From contig MNVK01000096.1 of the NCBI GenBank assembly GCA_001871685.1, positions 1 to 40,409 of the forward strand: DNA of 40,409 nucleotides. The letters are read 5' to 3'. Under the pieces are notes generated by a model, which did no database searches, was not told the DNA's origin, and saw only the letters and a list, made by a program, of their open reading frames with translations. Source of the stretch: Nitrospirae bacterium CG1_02_44_142 (GTDB taxonomy: Bacteria > Nitrospirota > Thermodesulfovibrionia > Thermodesulfovibrionales > UBA1546). Positions 33,384 to 40,409 of the stretch are shown here, piece after piece; positions within the stretch are counted from its first letter, which is position 1, and the number at the start of each line of letters is the position of its first letter. The translations under genes and the position numbers were made by a program.

Positions 33384-34280
33384 ATGAATAACAGGTTATT
33401 CCTAACAGCAATTCTCTGTTTTAACTTTTTGATATTCTGGATAGCGCCGTCTGCTAATTCTGCGTCTTATATATACACAAAGAATAATACAGTGGTCGGT
33501 TCCCTCAAAGACTACACTGTCAAAAATGATGAGTCTTTAATTGAGATAGCGCGAAGGTTTAAACTCGGCTACAATGAAATTGCTGACGCAAATCCTGATA
33601 TTGACCCATTTGTCCCGGGAGATGGGACCTCAGTCATCATATCTTCTTCTTGGATACTGCCGGATGTGAAATCATACGAAGGCATTGTTATAAATCTCTC
33701 CGAGATGAGGCTCTATTATTTTTTCAAGCGCCGCAGTTCAAAACTTGTGGCGACTTTCCCTGTAGGAATAGGCAGCGAAGGAAATGACACCCCTGCAGGA
33801 GAGTTCAAGATTGTAGAAAAAATAGTAAAACCAAGTTGGCATGTGCCTGAATCCCTCAGAAAGGAAAAACCAAACCTGCCCAAAGTAGTGCCCCCGGGAC
33901 CGGACAACCCTCTCGGCTCTCATGCGCTAAGGCTTTCATTAGGAAGCTATCTTATTCACGGGACAAACAGGCCGTGGGGGGTCGGCAGAAGGGTAAGTCA
34001 TGGATGTATAAGGCTGTACCCGGAAGACATTCCAAGACTTTTCAAATTAGCTCCGAACGGCGTCAGGGTGACTATCGTCAAACAGCCTATAAAAGTAGGC
34101 GTTAAAAACAATAAAATATTTATTGAAGTTCACAATGACAATTACCACAAAAAGGCAGCGTATTCTAATATGGCGGTAAAACTGCTCAAAGGTAAAAACT
34201 TGCTTAAAGGCATTAGCACAGAGAAACTATATTCAGCAATAAAAGAGAAAAAGGGCATTCCTGTTGAGATATCTGAATGA
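33384..34280 (+). CDS. L,D-transpeptidase (YkuD) with LysM domain
   Basis: Start trimmed to the ATG at 33384, which follows AGGAG (signal peptide MNNRLFLTAILCF...ANSAS). It has a LysM-like 'YTVKNDESLIEIARRF' and the catalytic 'HGTNRPWGVGRRVSHGCIRL'. Confidence 0.85.
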   Translation: MNNRLFLTAILCFNFLIFWIAPSANSASYIYTKNNTVVGSLKDYTVKNDESLIEIARRFKLGYNEIADANPDIDPFVPGDGTSVIISSSWILPDVKSYEGIVINLSEMRLYYFFKRRSSKLVATFPVGIGSEGNDTPAGEFKIVEKIVKPSWHVPESLRKEKPNLPKVVPPGPDNPLGSHALRLSLGSYLIHGTNRPWGVGRRVSHGCIRLYPEDIPRLFKLAPNGVRVTIVKQPIKVGVKNNKIFIEVHNDNYHKKAAYSNMAVKLLKGKNLLKGISTEKLYSAIKEKKGIPVEISE

Positions 34281-34282
34281 AC

Positions 34283-34330
34283 AAAAAATAAGGGTTCAGT
34301 AATTATCTCCCGTGAAATCACTGAACCCTT
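34283..34330 (-). terminator. Hairpin terminator between the convergent ldt and lipoprotein genes
   Basis: It has an 11-bp stem AAGGGTTCAGT/ACTGAACCCTT with a 19-nt loop. On the minus strand it is followed by ATTTTTTGT. Confidence 0.5.
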
Positions 34331-34344
34331 ATCACAATTACAAA

Positions 34345-34737
34345 CTATTTTTTCTGCTGTAATTCAAATGCCTTCTTTGCCTTCTTTGCAGAAGTCGCTG
34401 TTTTTTCTGATGCAGCTGCTGCTTTATGAGCAGCCATCTCTGCCTTTTCTGCGGCAGCCTCAGCCTTCTTTACGGCATTATCAGCCTTGTCTGAAGAGTC
34501 CTTTGCAACCTTCATTGCATCCTCAGCCAGCATCTTGGCATTCGCCGCCTCTTTCTTGGCGTCAGCCACCTCAGCGCTCATCTTTCCTTGCTGAGATTCA
34601 ATGTCTGCAATCTTTGCCTCCAGCTTGCTAATCCTGTCTGCGAGAGGGTCTACCTGCTCTTTTACATATTCTTTTGTAGCGCAGCCGAAGGAAAACAGAA
34701 GCACTCCCGTGAAAACTAAAAATAACGCTTTTTTCAT
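34345..34737 (-). CDS. Lpp/OprI-like alanine-zipper lipoprotein
   Basis: Start trimmed to the ATG at 34737, which follows AGGAGGAGGTG. It has a lipobox 'LLFSFGC' and a mature part that is an Ala/Lys/Glu-rich coiled coil. Confidence 0.7.
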   Translation of the reverse strand: MKKALFLVFTGVLLFSFGCATKEYVKEQVDPLADRISKLEAKIADIESQQGKMSAEVADAKKEAANAKMLAEDAMKVAKDSSDKADNAVKKAEAAAEKAEMAAHKAAAASEKTATSAKKAKKAFELQQKK

Positions 34738-34833
34738 TTTTACACCTCCTCCTTTGCAAAAAATAGATTCATTCTTAAAAAGAATACATCTATTCAAAAA
34801 AAAATGCAACTTTTTTTTAAAAAGCAGCTCCCT

Positions 34834-36096
34834 CTAAAGCTTGGCAATCTTAATCCTGGATACTTTCCTGTCTTCCATCTCCAGGATGAGAAACCTGAGA
34901 TTGTGATACCTGACCTGCTCGCCGACCCTTGGAAGCCTTCTGAAAAGCCCGAACACAAAGCCGCCGATTGTATGAAAGTCTTCGCTTGCAAGTTCAACTC
35001 CGACAAGCTCATTAATCTCATCAATTCCTGTCTGTCCGGTTACTATGAATGTCCTTTCATCAATAATCTCAACTTCTTTTTCCGCCCCCATAGCCTCAAA
35101 TTCGTCCTGAAGGCCTCCGACTATCTCCTCAATTATATCCTCAAGCGTGATAAGGCCCGCGGTGCCTCCGTATTCATCCATAACTATGGCTATCTGGAAT
35201 TTGTTCTTCTGCATCTCGTCAAGAAGTTCCGTCACCATCTTATTTTCAGGGACATAATAAGCCTCCCGCACAAGCTCTGTTATCGGCGTATAGTTCTGTG
35301 TCTTGCCCTGCGCCATCTGTATCATTATGTCCTTCACATAAAGGATTCCGGTAATGTTATCTATACTATCTTCTATAACAGGATAGCGCGAATAGCCCTC
35401 TTCCAACACCAGTTTCAGGGCATCCCCGACGGTGGACTCTTCAGGTATGGATATTATCTCTGTACGCGGCACCATCGCCTCTGTTACAACCTTATCTCCG
35501 AATTCAAAGACCTTATGGAGCATCTCTTTTTCTTCTTCTTCAAGCGTCCCTTCTTCCTCGCCTATATTTATCATCGTCTTTATCTCCTCCTCTGTCACAA
35601 AAGGGGATACGGACTTCTTCTCGCCTCCAAACATCCTGATGATGAAATTAGACGTGATTGTAAATATCCACACAAGCGGCGAAATCAGCCTGACATAAAA
35701 CGCAATAGGCCTTGCAAGCAGTAAAGAAACCTTTTCTGAATAAGCAACCGCAAAGGTCTTCGGCGCAAGCTCTCCAAATACAACGGTGAGAAAGGTCATG
35801 ACAATTGTGGCTATTATTATCCCGTCTTCACCGAAATAGCGCAGTGCGAGAGCTGTTCCTATTGATGTTGCAAGGATTGTAAATAGATTGCCTGAGAGTA
35901 TTACTGCGCTGAAGAGTTTATCATGTTCATCCAGCAGCTTCTGCACAGCCTGGGCCCTGACGTCGCCCTTCTCCATAAGGCTTCTTATCCTTATCTTGCT
36001 TACAGCAATAAAGGACGACTCCGAACCTGAAAGGATGGCAATGGCGATGAGGGACAGAGCAATAACGATTATTGAAAATATACTGTGCGGCTCCAT
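34834..36096 (-). CDS. CNNM/TlyC/CorC-family transporter (DUF21 + CBS pair + CorC_HlyC)
   Basis: It has an N-terminal 4-TM DUF21 region ('GELAPKT'), a CBS pair and the C-terminal 'TIGGFVFGLFRRLPRVGE'. Confidence 0.9.
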   Translation of the reverse strand: MEPHSIFSIIVIALSLIAIAILSGSESSFIAVSKIRIRSLMEKGDVRAQAVQKLLDEHDKLFSAVILSGNLFTILATSIGTALALRYFGEDGIIIATIVMTFLTVVFGELAPKTFAVAYSEKVSLLLARPIAFYVRLISPLVWIFTITSNFIIRMFGGEKKSVSPFVTEEEIKTMINIGEEEGTLEEEEKEMLHKVFEFGDKVVTEAMVPRTEIISIPEESTVGDALKLVLEEGYSRYPVIEDSIDNITGILYVKDIMIQMAQGKTQNYTPITELVREAYYVPENKMVTELLDEMQKNKFQIAIVMDEYGGTAGLITLEDIIEEIVGGLQDEFEAMGAEKEVEIIDERTFIVTGQTGIDEINELVGVELASEDFHTIGGFVFGLFRRLPRVGEQVRYHNLRFLILEMEDRKVSRIKIAKL

Positions 36097-36098
36097 AA

Positions 36099-36166
36099 TC
36101 AGTGCTCAGTGCTCAGTGCCAGCGCTCAGTGTTTCTTTGCTGACACTGTCACTATTCACTGACACT
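36099..36166. repeat. Inverted heptamer arrays: TCAGTGC x4, spacer, then ..CACTG/TCACT.. words, with no G/C core
   Basis: TCAGTGC TCAGTGC TCAGTGC CAGCGC TCAGTGT - ttctttgc - TGACACTGTCACTATTCACTGACACT. It contains the icd stop codon and about the last 20 codons of icd. Confidence 0.7.
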
Positions 36167-37239
36167 TTTAGTTTTTCTATGACCGCATCAGCCGCCTCGG
36201 ATGTGCCGGCAGCAGTTGGGTCATCGGGCTTTGGTTTCATGTCATAGGTTACATGCCTGCCCTCTTCTATAACAGCGGCAATTGCAGCCTCAAGTCTTTG
36301 CGCGGCGTTACTTTCGCCAAGATGCCTCAACATCATCACTCCGGAAAGCATCATAGCAAATGGATTCATCTTATTCAAACCCTTATATTTTGGAGCGCTT
36401 CCGTGCGTCGGCTCAAATACTGCCATTTCCTCCCCGATATTTGCTCCGGGCGCAAGCCCCAGCCCTCCTATAAGCCCGGCGGCCAGGTCGGAAACAATAT
36501 CTCCGTAGAGATTCGGAAGCACAATAACATCATACTTCTCAGGTTTCTGCACAAGCTGCATGCACATATTGTCAATAATCCTGTCTTCAAACTCTATATC
36601 GGTGTAATTGGAAGCCACGCTTCTTGCGGCTTCAAGAAAGAGTCCGTCAGAATATTTCATTATGTTTGCCTTATGGACTGCGGTAACTTTTTTTCTTTTA
36701 TTCTTTCTCGCATATTCAAATGCAAACCTTACTATTCTCTCGCTGCCGTAAACAGAAATCGGTTTTATGCTTATGCCGGAGTCCTGCCTTATGTCCTTCC
36801 CCGTAGATGCTTTCACAAAGTCAATTAACCGTTTTGTATCTTCCCGGCCCTTCTGAAACTCTATGCCTGCATACAGGTCTTCGGTGTTTTCCCTCACAAT
36901 AACCAGGTCAATATTGTCATATCTTGTTCTTGCGCCTTTAAAGCTCCTGCAGGGCCTTAGGCAGCTGTAAAGGTCCAGCGCCAACCTCAATGTAACATTA
37001 ACGCTCCTGAAGCCGGAGCCGATGGGCGTTGTTACAGGGCCTTTAATTGCGATTTTGTTTTTCTTGATAGAATCAATCACCCTTTGAGGAAGCGGGCGGC
37101 CCTCTTTCTTATAAACATCCTCTCCTGCATCCTGCGCTTCCCATGTAATCGGAACGCCTGTTGCCTCAATCACACGCCTTGTCGCTTCGGCTATTTCCGG
37201 CCCGATACCATCGCCCGGGATTAAAGTTATTGTGTACAT
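36106..37239 (-). CDS. icd: Isocitrate dehydrogenase (isocitrate/isopropylmalate dehydrogenase family)
   Basis: 'ITLIPGDGIGPE', 'VIVRENTEDLYAG', 'NLYGDIVSDLAAGL.GGLG.APGAN' and 'FEPTHGSAP'. The C-terminal tail is repeat-encoded. Confidence 0.85.
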   Translation of the reverse strand: MYTITLIPGDGIGPEIAEATRRVIEATGVPITWEAQDAGEDVYKKEGRPLPQRVIDSIKKNKIAIKGPVTTPIGSGFRSVNVTLRLALDLYSCLRPCRSFKGARTRYDNIDLVIVRENTEDLYAGIEFQKGREDTKRLIDFVKASTGKDIRQDSGISIKPISVYGSERIVRFAFEYARKNKRKKVTAVHKANIMKYSDGLFLEAARSVASNYTDIEFEDRIIDNMCMQLVQKPEKYDVIVLPNLYGDIVSDLAAGLIGGLGLAPGANIGEEMAVFEPTHGSAPKYKGLNKMNPFAMMLSGVMMLRHLGESNAAQRLEAAIAAVIEEGRHVTYDMKPKPDDPTAAGTSEAADAVIEKLKVSVNSDSVSKETLSAGTEH

Positions 37240-37264
37240 GAGATTACCCCGCTTAATATGTTTT

Positions 37265-37346
37265 CATGAATTTGATGCATGTTACACGATGCATGACTCA
37301 CAAAATATTTGACTTGCATCGTGAATCTTGCATCGTGCATCATGAT
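37265..37346. repeat. Inverted heptamer arrays (nTGnATC words) without a G/C core, intergenic icd / synthase gene
   Basis: The right arm is TTGCATC GTGAATC TTGCATC GTGCATC ATGATTT. The reverse complement of the left arm is GTGAGTC ATGCATC GTGTAAC ATGCATC. The central spacer is ACAAAATATTTGAC. Confidence 0.7.
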
Positions 37347-38582
37347 TTATGGATTCAACGTCAATATTTTTCTTGCAATGTCAGGATAATGCGCTATAAA
37401 TCTCAGCTCATCGTCAGTCATCGGCTTCTGCGTATGCAGGTTAGCATACTGGACCAGTTCCAGGACATTTCTCGCCTCACTGTCATCATGGAAGTGGATT
37501 CCAAGTTTGTCATAGACATGCCTGAAACCCTTAACCCCGCCGTATTCGCCTGTTGTTATAATCCTTCCTGTCTCAAGAAGTTCAGGTTCGCCCCTGCCGA
37601 CATCCTCAGGGTCATAAAGCTCGTAATTTCTCCTGTCTTTTAAGGCCCCATCTGCATGAATGCCTGACTCGTGTGCAAACGCATTTGAGCCCACTCCCGG
37701 TTGATTTATAGGTATTGGAAGATTAAAGGCATAGGATGCGTATTTTGCAATTTTCCAGGCATTTTTCAGGTCCACATGTTCGTCAAGATAAACCTTTCGG
37801 CTTAAACCGTGTGAAAATTTAAGGGCAAGGATGGTGGATACAAGGTCGCAGTTTCCGCAGCGCTCGCCATAACCGTTTATTGTTGTGTTTATATAGGCGT
37901 CAATACCGCTCTCTATAGAACCCTGCGCTCCAGCCACCGATACCGCCTCTGCCATGCCCAGGTCATTGTGGCAGTGCATCTCTATCGGGAACTTTGTTGC
38001 CAGCGCAAGCGCCTTTATCCTCTCATAGATTGTTATTGGGTCATCACAGCCGAGCGTATCGCAGTATCTGAACCTGTCTGCGCCTGCCTCCTTCCCTGCA
38101 ATCACAAACTCTATCAGCTTGTTAATCTCTGTCCTTGATGCATCTTCGGCATTGAGCCCTACAGTCTCCGCTCCTGATTCCTTTGCAAGCCTTACAGCCT
38201 CAATCGCTGTTTGCAGGATGTCCTTAAATGCCTTTCTGCCCTGGAATTTCCCCTGTATCATTATCTCCGATGTTGACATAGAGATGTTCAGATGTTTTAT
38301 CTCCGGACAGTTCTTAAATGTAAGCCTTATGTCTTCCGGGATTGCCCTGCACCAGCCCTCAAGATGAATCCGTTTAATCGCTCCTGCCTTAACAAGTTCA
38401 AGATTCCCGTTTATATAACTTACTTCATGTTTGAGCGTAGGGAAGCCTATCTCGCTCTGATACACTCCCATCTCATCAAGATAGATATTGAGCATCGTCT
38501 TGGAAAGTTTCGGCAGAAGTATCCTGGACGTCTGAACACCGTCTCTGTTTGTAACGTCAATAAGATAAACTTTATTTTTCAT
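37347..38582 (-). CDS. DRE-TIM (HMGL-like) homocitrate/2-isopropylmalate synthase-family enzyme; candidate Re-citrate synthase
   Basis: 'LIDVTNRDGVQT' is a variant of TLRDGEQ. 'HCHNDLGMA' and 'NGYGERCGN' are metal/substrate motifs. It lacks a LeuA regulatory domain and lies directly upstream of icd. Confidence 0.75.
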   Translation of the reverse strand: MKNKVYLIDVTNRDGVQTSRILLPKLSKTMLNIYLDEMGVYQSEIGFPTLKHEVSYINGNLELVKAGAIKRIHLEGWCRAIPEDIRLTFKNCPEIKHLNISMSTSEIMIQGKFQGRKAFKDILQTAIEAVRLAKESGAETVGLNAEDASRTEINKLIEFVIAGKEAGADRFRYCDTLGCDDPITIYERIKALALATKFPIEMHCHNDLGMAEAVSVAGAQGSIESGIDAYINTTINGYGERCGNCDLVSTILALKFSHGLSRKVYLDEHVDLKNAWKIAKYASYAFNLPIPINQPGVGSNAFAHESGIHADGALKDRRNYELYDPEDVGRGEPELLETGRIITTGEYGGVKGFRHVYDKLGIHFHDDSEARNVLELVQYANLHTQKPMTDDELRFIAHYPDIARKILTLNP

Positions 38583-38713
38583 ATTGCAAACCTCGTCGCC
38601 AATTAAGTTTTGAAATTCCTACAGTTATATAGTATAACGAAACCGGAGTTAACATTACAAATAGATAAAACGGTTACTGAAAAGTTTTATGCCGCTATCT
38701 TCCGCTGCACAGC

Positions 38714-39379
38714 TCAGGATATCAGGCTGGTATTAACTTTAATCTTTATCTGCTTCTTTATGCCTTCCACATAGGATTTCACTGCCTTTTGTCTCTTGTC
38801 AAATAAAAGCGCCTGCCTGAAGGCCTTTGCGGTCTGCTCCTCTCCGCTTATCTGCCTGCTCTCATCCTCTGTGAGGTCAAAGGCCTCGCCTATAAGCCTC
38901 TTCATTTTGAGGAGCATTAATTCATATCTCTTTTCATTTTCAAAATATTCAGGCGTGATTCTATTAATCTGTAATATCCTCATATATATCTCCCTGTCAA
39001 AGACGCCGTTCCTTGTAAATCCGGGCTCATTCCTTATTGCCTCTTCAAGCTCTTCATCGCTCACAGTCATGCCGATATTCCCGGCTGCAATCAGCAAGAC
39101 TCTCTCATCTATCAGGGAATCAAGCACCGCTTCTCTGAGTTTAAGCTTTTTTGCCAGTTCATCATCAAATTTTTCCTTATATCTCTCTCTGTAAAAGTCC
39201 ACAGTCCTGTCATATGCGCGTCCGTATTCATCAAGCGTTATCTTTTCCTTCCCTATCTCAGCAACCGGAACCGCTGTCTGCTTGTCAACAGTCCCGACTC
39301 CCCAGAATATAAACGAAAGGATTATAATAAAAAAGAATACATAGAAAAATTTTGCATGTTTGCGCATCGCCTTAAGCAT
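38714..39379 (-). CDS. PpiD-like periplasmic chaperone fragment (SurA N-terminal domain protein, no parvulin domain)
   Basis: It has an N-terminal TM anchor ('FFYVFFFIIILSFIFWG') followed by a SurA_N-like helical domain. Confidence 0.7.
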   Translation of the reverse strand: MLKAMRKHAKFFYVFFFIIILSFIFWGVGTVDKQTAVPVAEIGKEKITLDEYGRAYDRTVDFYRERYKEKFDDELAKKLKLREAVLDSLIDERVLLIAAGNIGMTVSDEELEEAIRNEPGFTRNGVFDREIYMRILQINRITPEYFENEKRYELMLLKMKRLIGEAFDLTEDESRQISGEEQTAKAFRQALLFDKRQKAVKSYVEGIKKQIKIKVNTSLIS

Positions 39380-39424
39380 ATCAGCGCCTCCTTCTAAAAT
39401 AGTCGTTAAGCGTCTTCCTGCATC

Positions 39425-39682
39425 TCATTTCTCATCCTCAAACCTCAAGTCAATATCCATTTCAGGCGCCACCGTTGATATAGCATGTTTGTATATCATC
39501 TGCTGTGCGGCTTCCTTAAGAATTACGATAAAACTGTCAAACCCCTTTATCACTCCCCTTAATCTTACGCCATTGGTAAGATAGATAGTTACAGGAATCT
39601 TGTTTTTTCTAAGATAGTTCAGATAGAGGTCCTGAAGGTTCCGGGTTTTGCCTGAATTAGCCGAGATATTTTCCCTTTGCAT
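39425..39682 (-). CDS. hfq: RNA chaperone Hfq
   Basis: Sm1 motif '[38 protein letters not shown]' and Sm2 motif 'MIYKHAIST'. Confidence 0.9.
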   Translation of the reverse strand: MQRENISANSGKTRNLQDLYLNYLRKNKIPVTIYLTNGVRLRGVIKGFDSFIVILKEAAQQMIYKHAISTVAPEMDIDLRFEDEK

Positions 39683-39787
39683 GTATCTACCTTATAAGAT
39701 TTTCTCTAATAATTCAAGCCCGCAGCATGACAGTGTAATTTTAATGATGGGATATGATAGTATAAATAAATTTCCATTAATAAAGTC

Positions 39788-40409
39788 ATGAACTTCAGCG
39801 GCATAAAAAAAATTCTTGTCATAAAACTCCGTCATATCGGCGATGTCCTCTTAAGCGTGCCTGTATTCAGGGCGTTAAGAGAAAATTTCCCGGAGGCGCA
39901 TATTGCCGCCCTCGTGAATTCGGGCACGGAAGAGGTCTTAGAGGCAAGCCCGTTTATTAATGAGATAATAGCCTTTGACCGAGGCATTAAGAAAATGAAT
40001 CCTGTACAGAGATACAGAAAAGAACTAGCATTCCTAAGAATGCTGCGGAAGAAAGGTTCTGATATGACAGTTGACCTCACAGGCGGCGACAGGGCTGCAA
40101 TAATATCCTTTGTCTCAGGCGCATCATACAGGCTCGGCCCTGACGTCAAAGAGGGTTTTTTAGGGAAAAGATATTTATATACTCACCTTGCAGTAAGAAA
40201 TAATAATCAGCGCACTAATCAACATATAGTCCTGCAAAACCTTGATATCATAAGCCGGTTCGGCGTCAAAACAGACAATCTCTCCGTGGATATATCTATC
40301 CCTGAAGACGCAAGGGTATTTGTTAAAAAGGTCTTTGAAAAAAACGGGATAAATAAAATAAAGACTACCCCCCTATGTCCCCCCTTAATAAGGGGGGAAT
40401 TTAAGGGGG
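39788..40409 (+). CDS. Glycosyltransferase family 9 (LPS heptosyltransferase-like), partial; runs off the right window edge
   Basis: Not in the ORF track because it is open-ended. The translation is MNFSGIKKILVIKLRHIGDVLLSVPVFRALRENFPEAHIAALVNSGTEEVL...; 'ILVI.L..IGDVLL..P..RAL...FP.A.I' is the GT9 N-terminus. The antisense track ORF at 39832-40149 is its shadow. The last 42 nt are repeat copy F, read in-frame. Confidence 0.8.
   Translation, partial: MNFSGIKKILVIKLRHIGDVLLSVPVFRALRENFPEAHIAALVNSGTEEVLEASPFINEIIAFDRGIKKMNPVQRYRKELAFLRMLRKKGSDMTVDLTGGDRAAIISFVSGASYRLGPDVKEGFLGKRYLYTHLAVRNNNQRTNQHIVLQNLDIISRFGVKTDNLSVDISIPEDARVFVKKVFEKNGINKIKTTPLCPPLIRGEFKG
40368..40409. repeat. Nested C6/G6 double-hairpin element, copy F (inside the GT9 CDS; truncated by the window end)
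   Basis: CCCCCC-TATGT-CCCCCC-TTAATAA-GGGGGG-AATTTAA-GGGGG. The plus-strand reading is (T)PLCPPLIRGEFKG. Confidence 0.85.

Noticed and set aside
34804-35724. Long antisense ORFs in the track. Examples are 34804-35724 (+, 306 aa), 9015-9584 (+), 9244-9837 (+), 20077-20712 (-), 28977-29582 (+), 13380-13910 (+), 36253-36828 (+) and 27337-27884 (+).
   Set aside because: Each lies wholly opposite a confidently recognised gene (tlyC-like, yebC, tldD, cooS, PIN/antitoxin, icd, oxidoreductase). Each has a low-complexity or odd composition and no recognisable motifs or RBS. They are treated as shadow ORFs.
39832-40149. 105-aa minus-strand ORF at the right end of the window.
   Set aside because: The plus strand here encodes a clear GT9 glycosyltransferase N-terminus (open-ended, so absent from the track). 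The minus-strand ORF is its shadow.
6792-40409. Whether the repeated C6/G6 palindromes are a CRISPR array.
   Set aside because: The copies are kilobases apart, lie inside genes and have no regular spacers. No cas genes are present. They are dispersed repeats, not an array.

Overview
This is a 40.4-kb chromosomal segment from a Gram-negative anaerobe. Gram-negative markers are lpxC, a GT9 heptosyltransferase, hfq, SurA/PpiD-type chaperones and an Lpp/OprI-like lipoprotein. Anaerobe markers are a cooS/cooF Ni-CO dehydrogenase operon and a possible Re-citrate synthase next to icd. All product calls come from reading motifs in the supplied translations; no database search was run.

Most of the window is housekeeping: galE, panD, gatC, pcrA, glmS, glmU, yebC, an NtrC-type regulator, mtnP, tldD, lpxC, surA-like, purN, rsmD, coaD, csaA-like, a beta-CASP RNase, an L,D-transpeptidase, a CNNM/TlyC transporter, icd and hfq.

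Two accessory patches stand out.
1. An islet at about 12.2-19.5 kb lies between mtnP and tldD. It holds stacked toxin-antitoxin modules (DUF2283 x2 plus a small toxin-like ORF, PIN plus antitoxin, MazF plus DUF2281). It also holds a 1169-aa single-chain Type IIG-like nuclease/N6-adenine methyltransferase. That gene is translationally coupled to a JAB-less RadC N-terminal (HhH) mini-protein and is preceded by an ORF6N/KilA-N-like protein.
2. A rcoM-like/cooF/cooS/flavoprotein CO-oxidation operon lies at 27.1-31.6 kb.

The most unusual signal is not a gene cluster but small structured repeats that the gene map does not explain.
- A ~42-nt nested C6/G6 double-hairpin element occurs six times. Three copies are inserted in-frame inside coding genes (glmU, the Type IIG enzyme, the GT9 glycosyltransferase).
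- Inverted arrays of heptamer words flank or replace that core. They supply stop codons, a start codon and C-terminal tails of housekeeping ORFs (glmU, icd, purN/rsmD junction).
- A separate ~72-nt multi-hairpin REP-like element is present.
- Iteron-like 27-bp direct repeats sit at the islet boundary, with a near-identical 22-mer at the boundary of the coo operon.

Other points are a 13-codon lysine-rich micro-ORF with an extended SD and its own terminator, and a PIN toxin whose catalytic N-terminal strand lies upstream of any canonical start codon. No rRNA, tRNA, CRISPR array, transposase or integrase was recognised.
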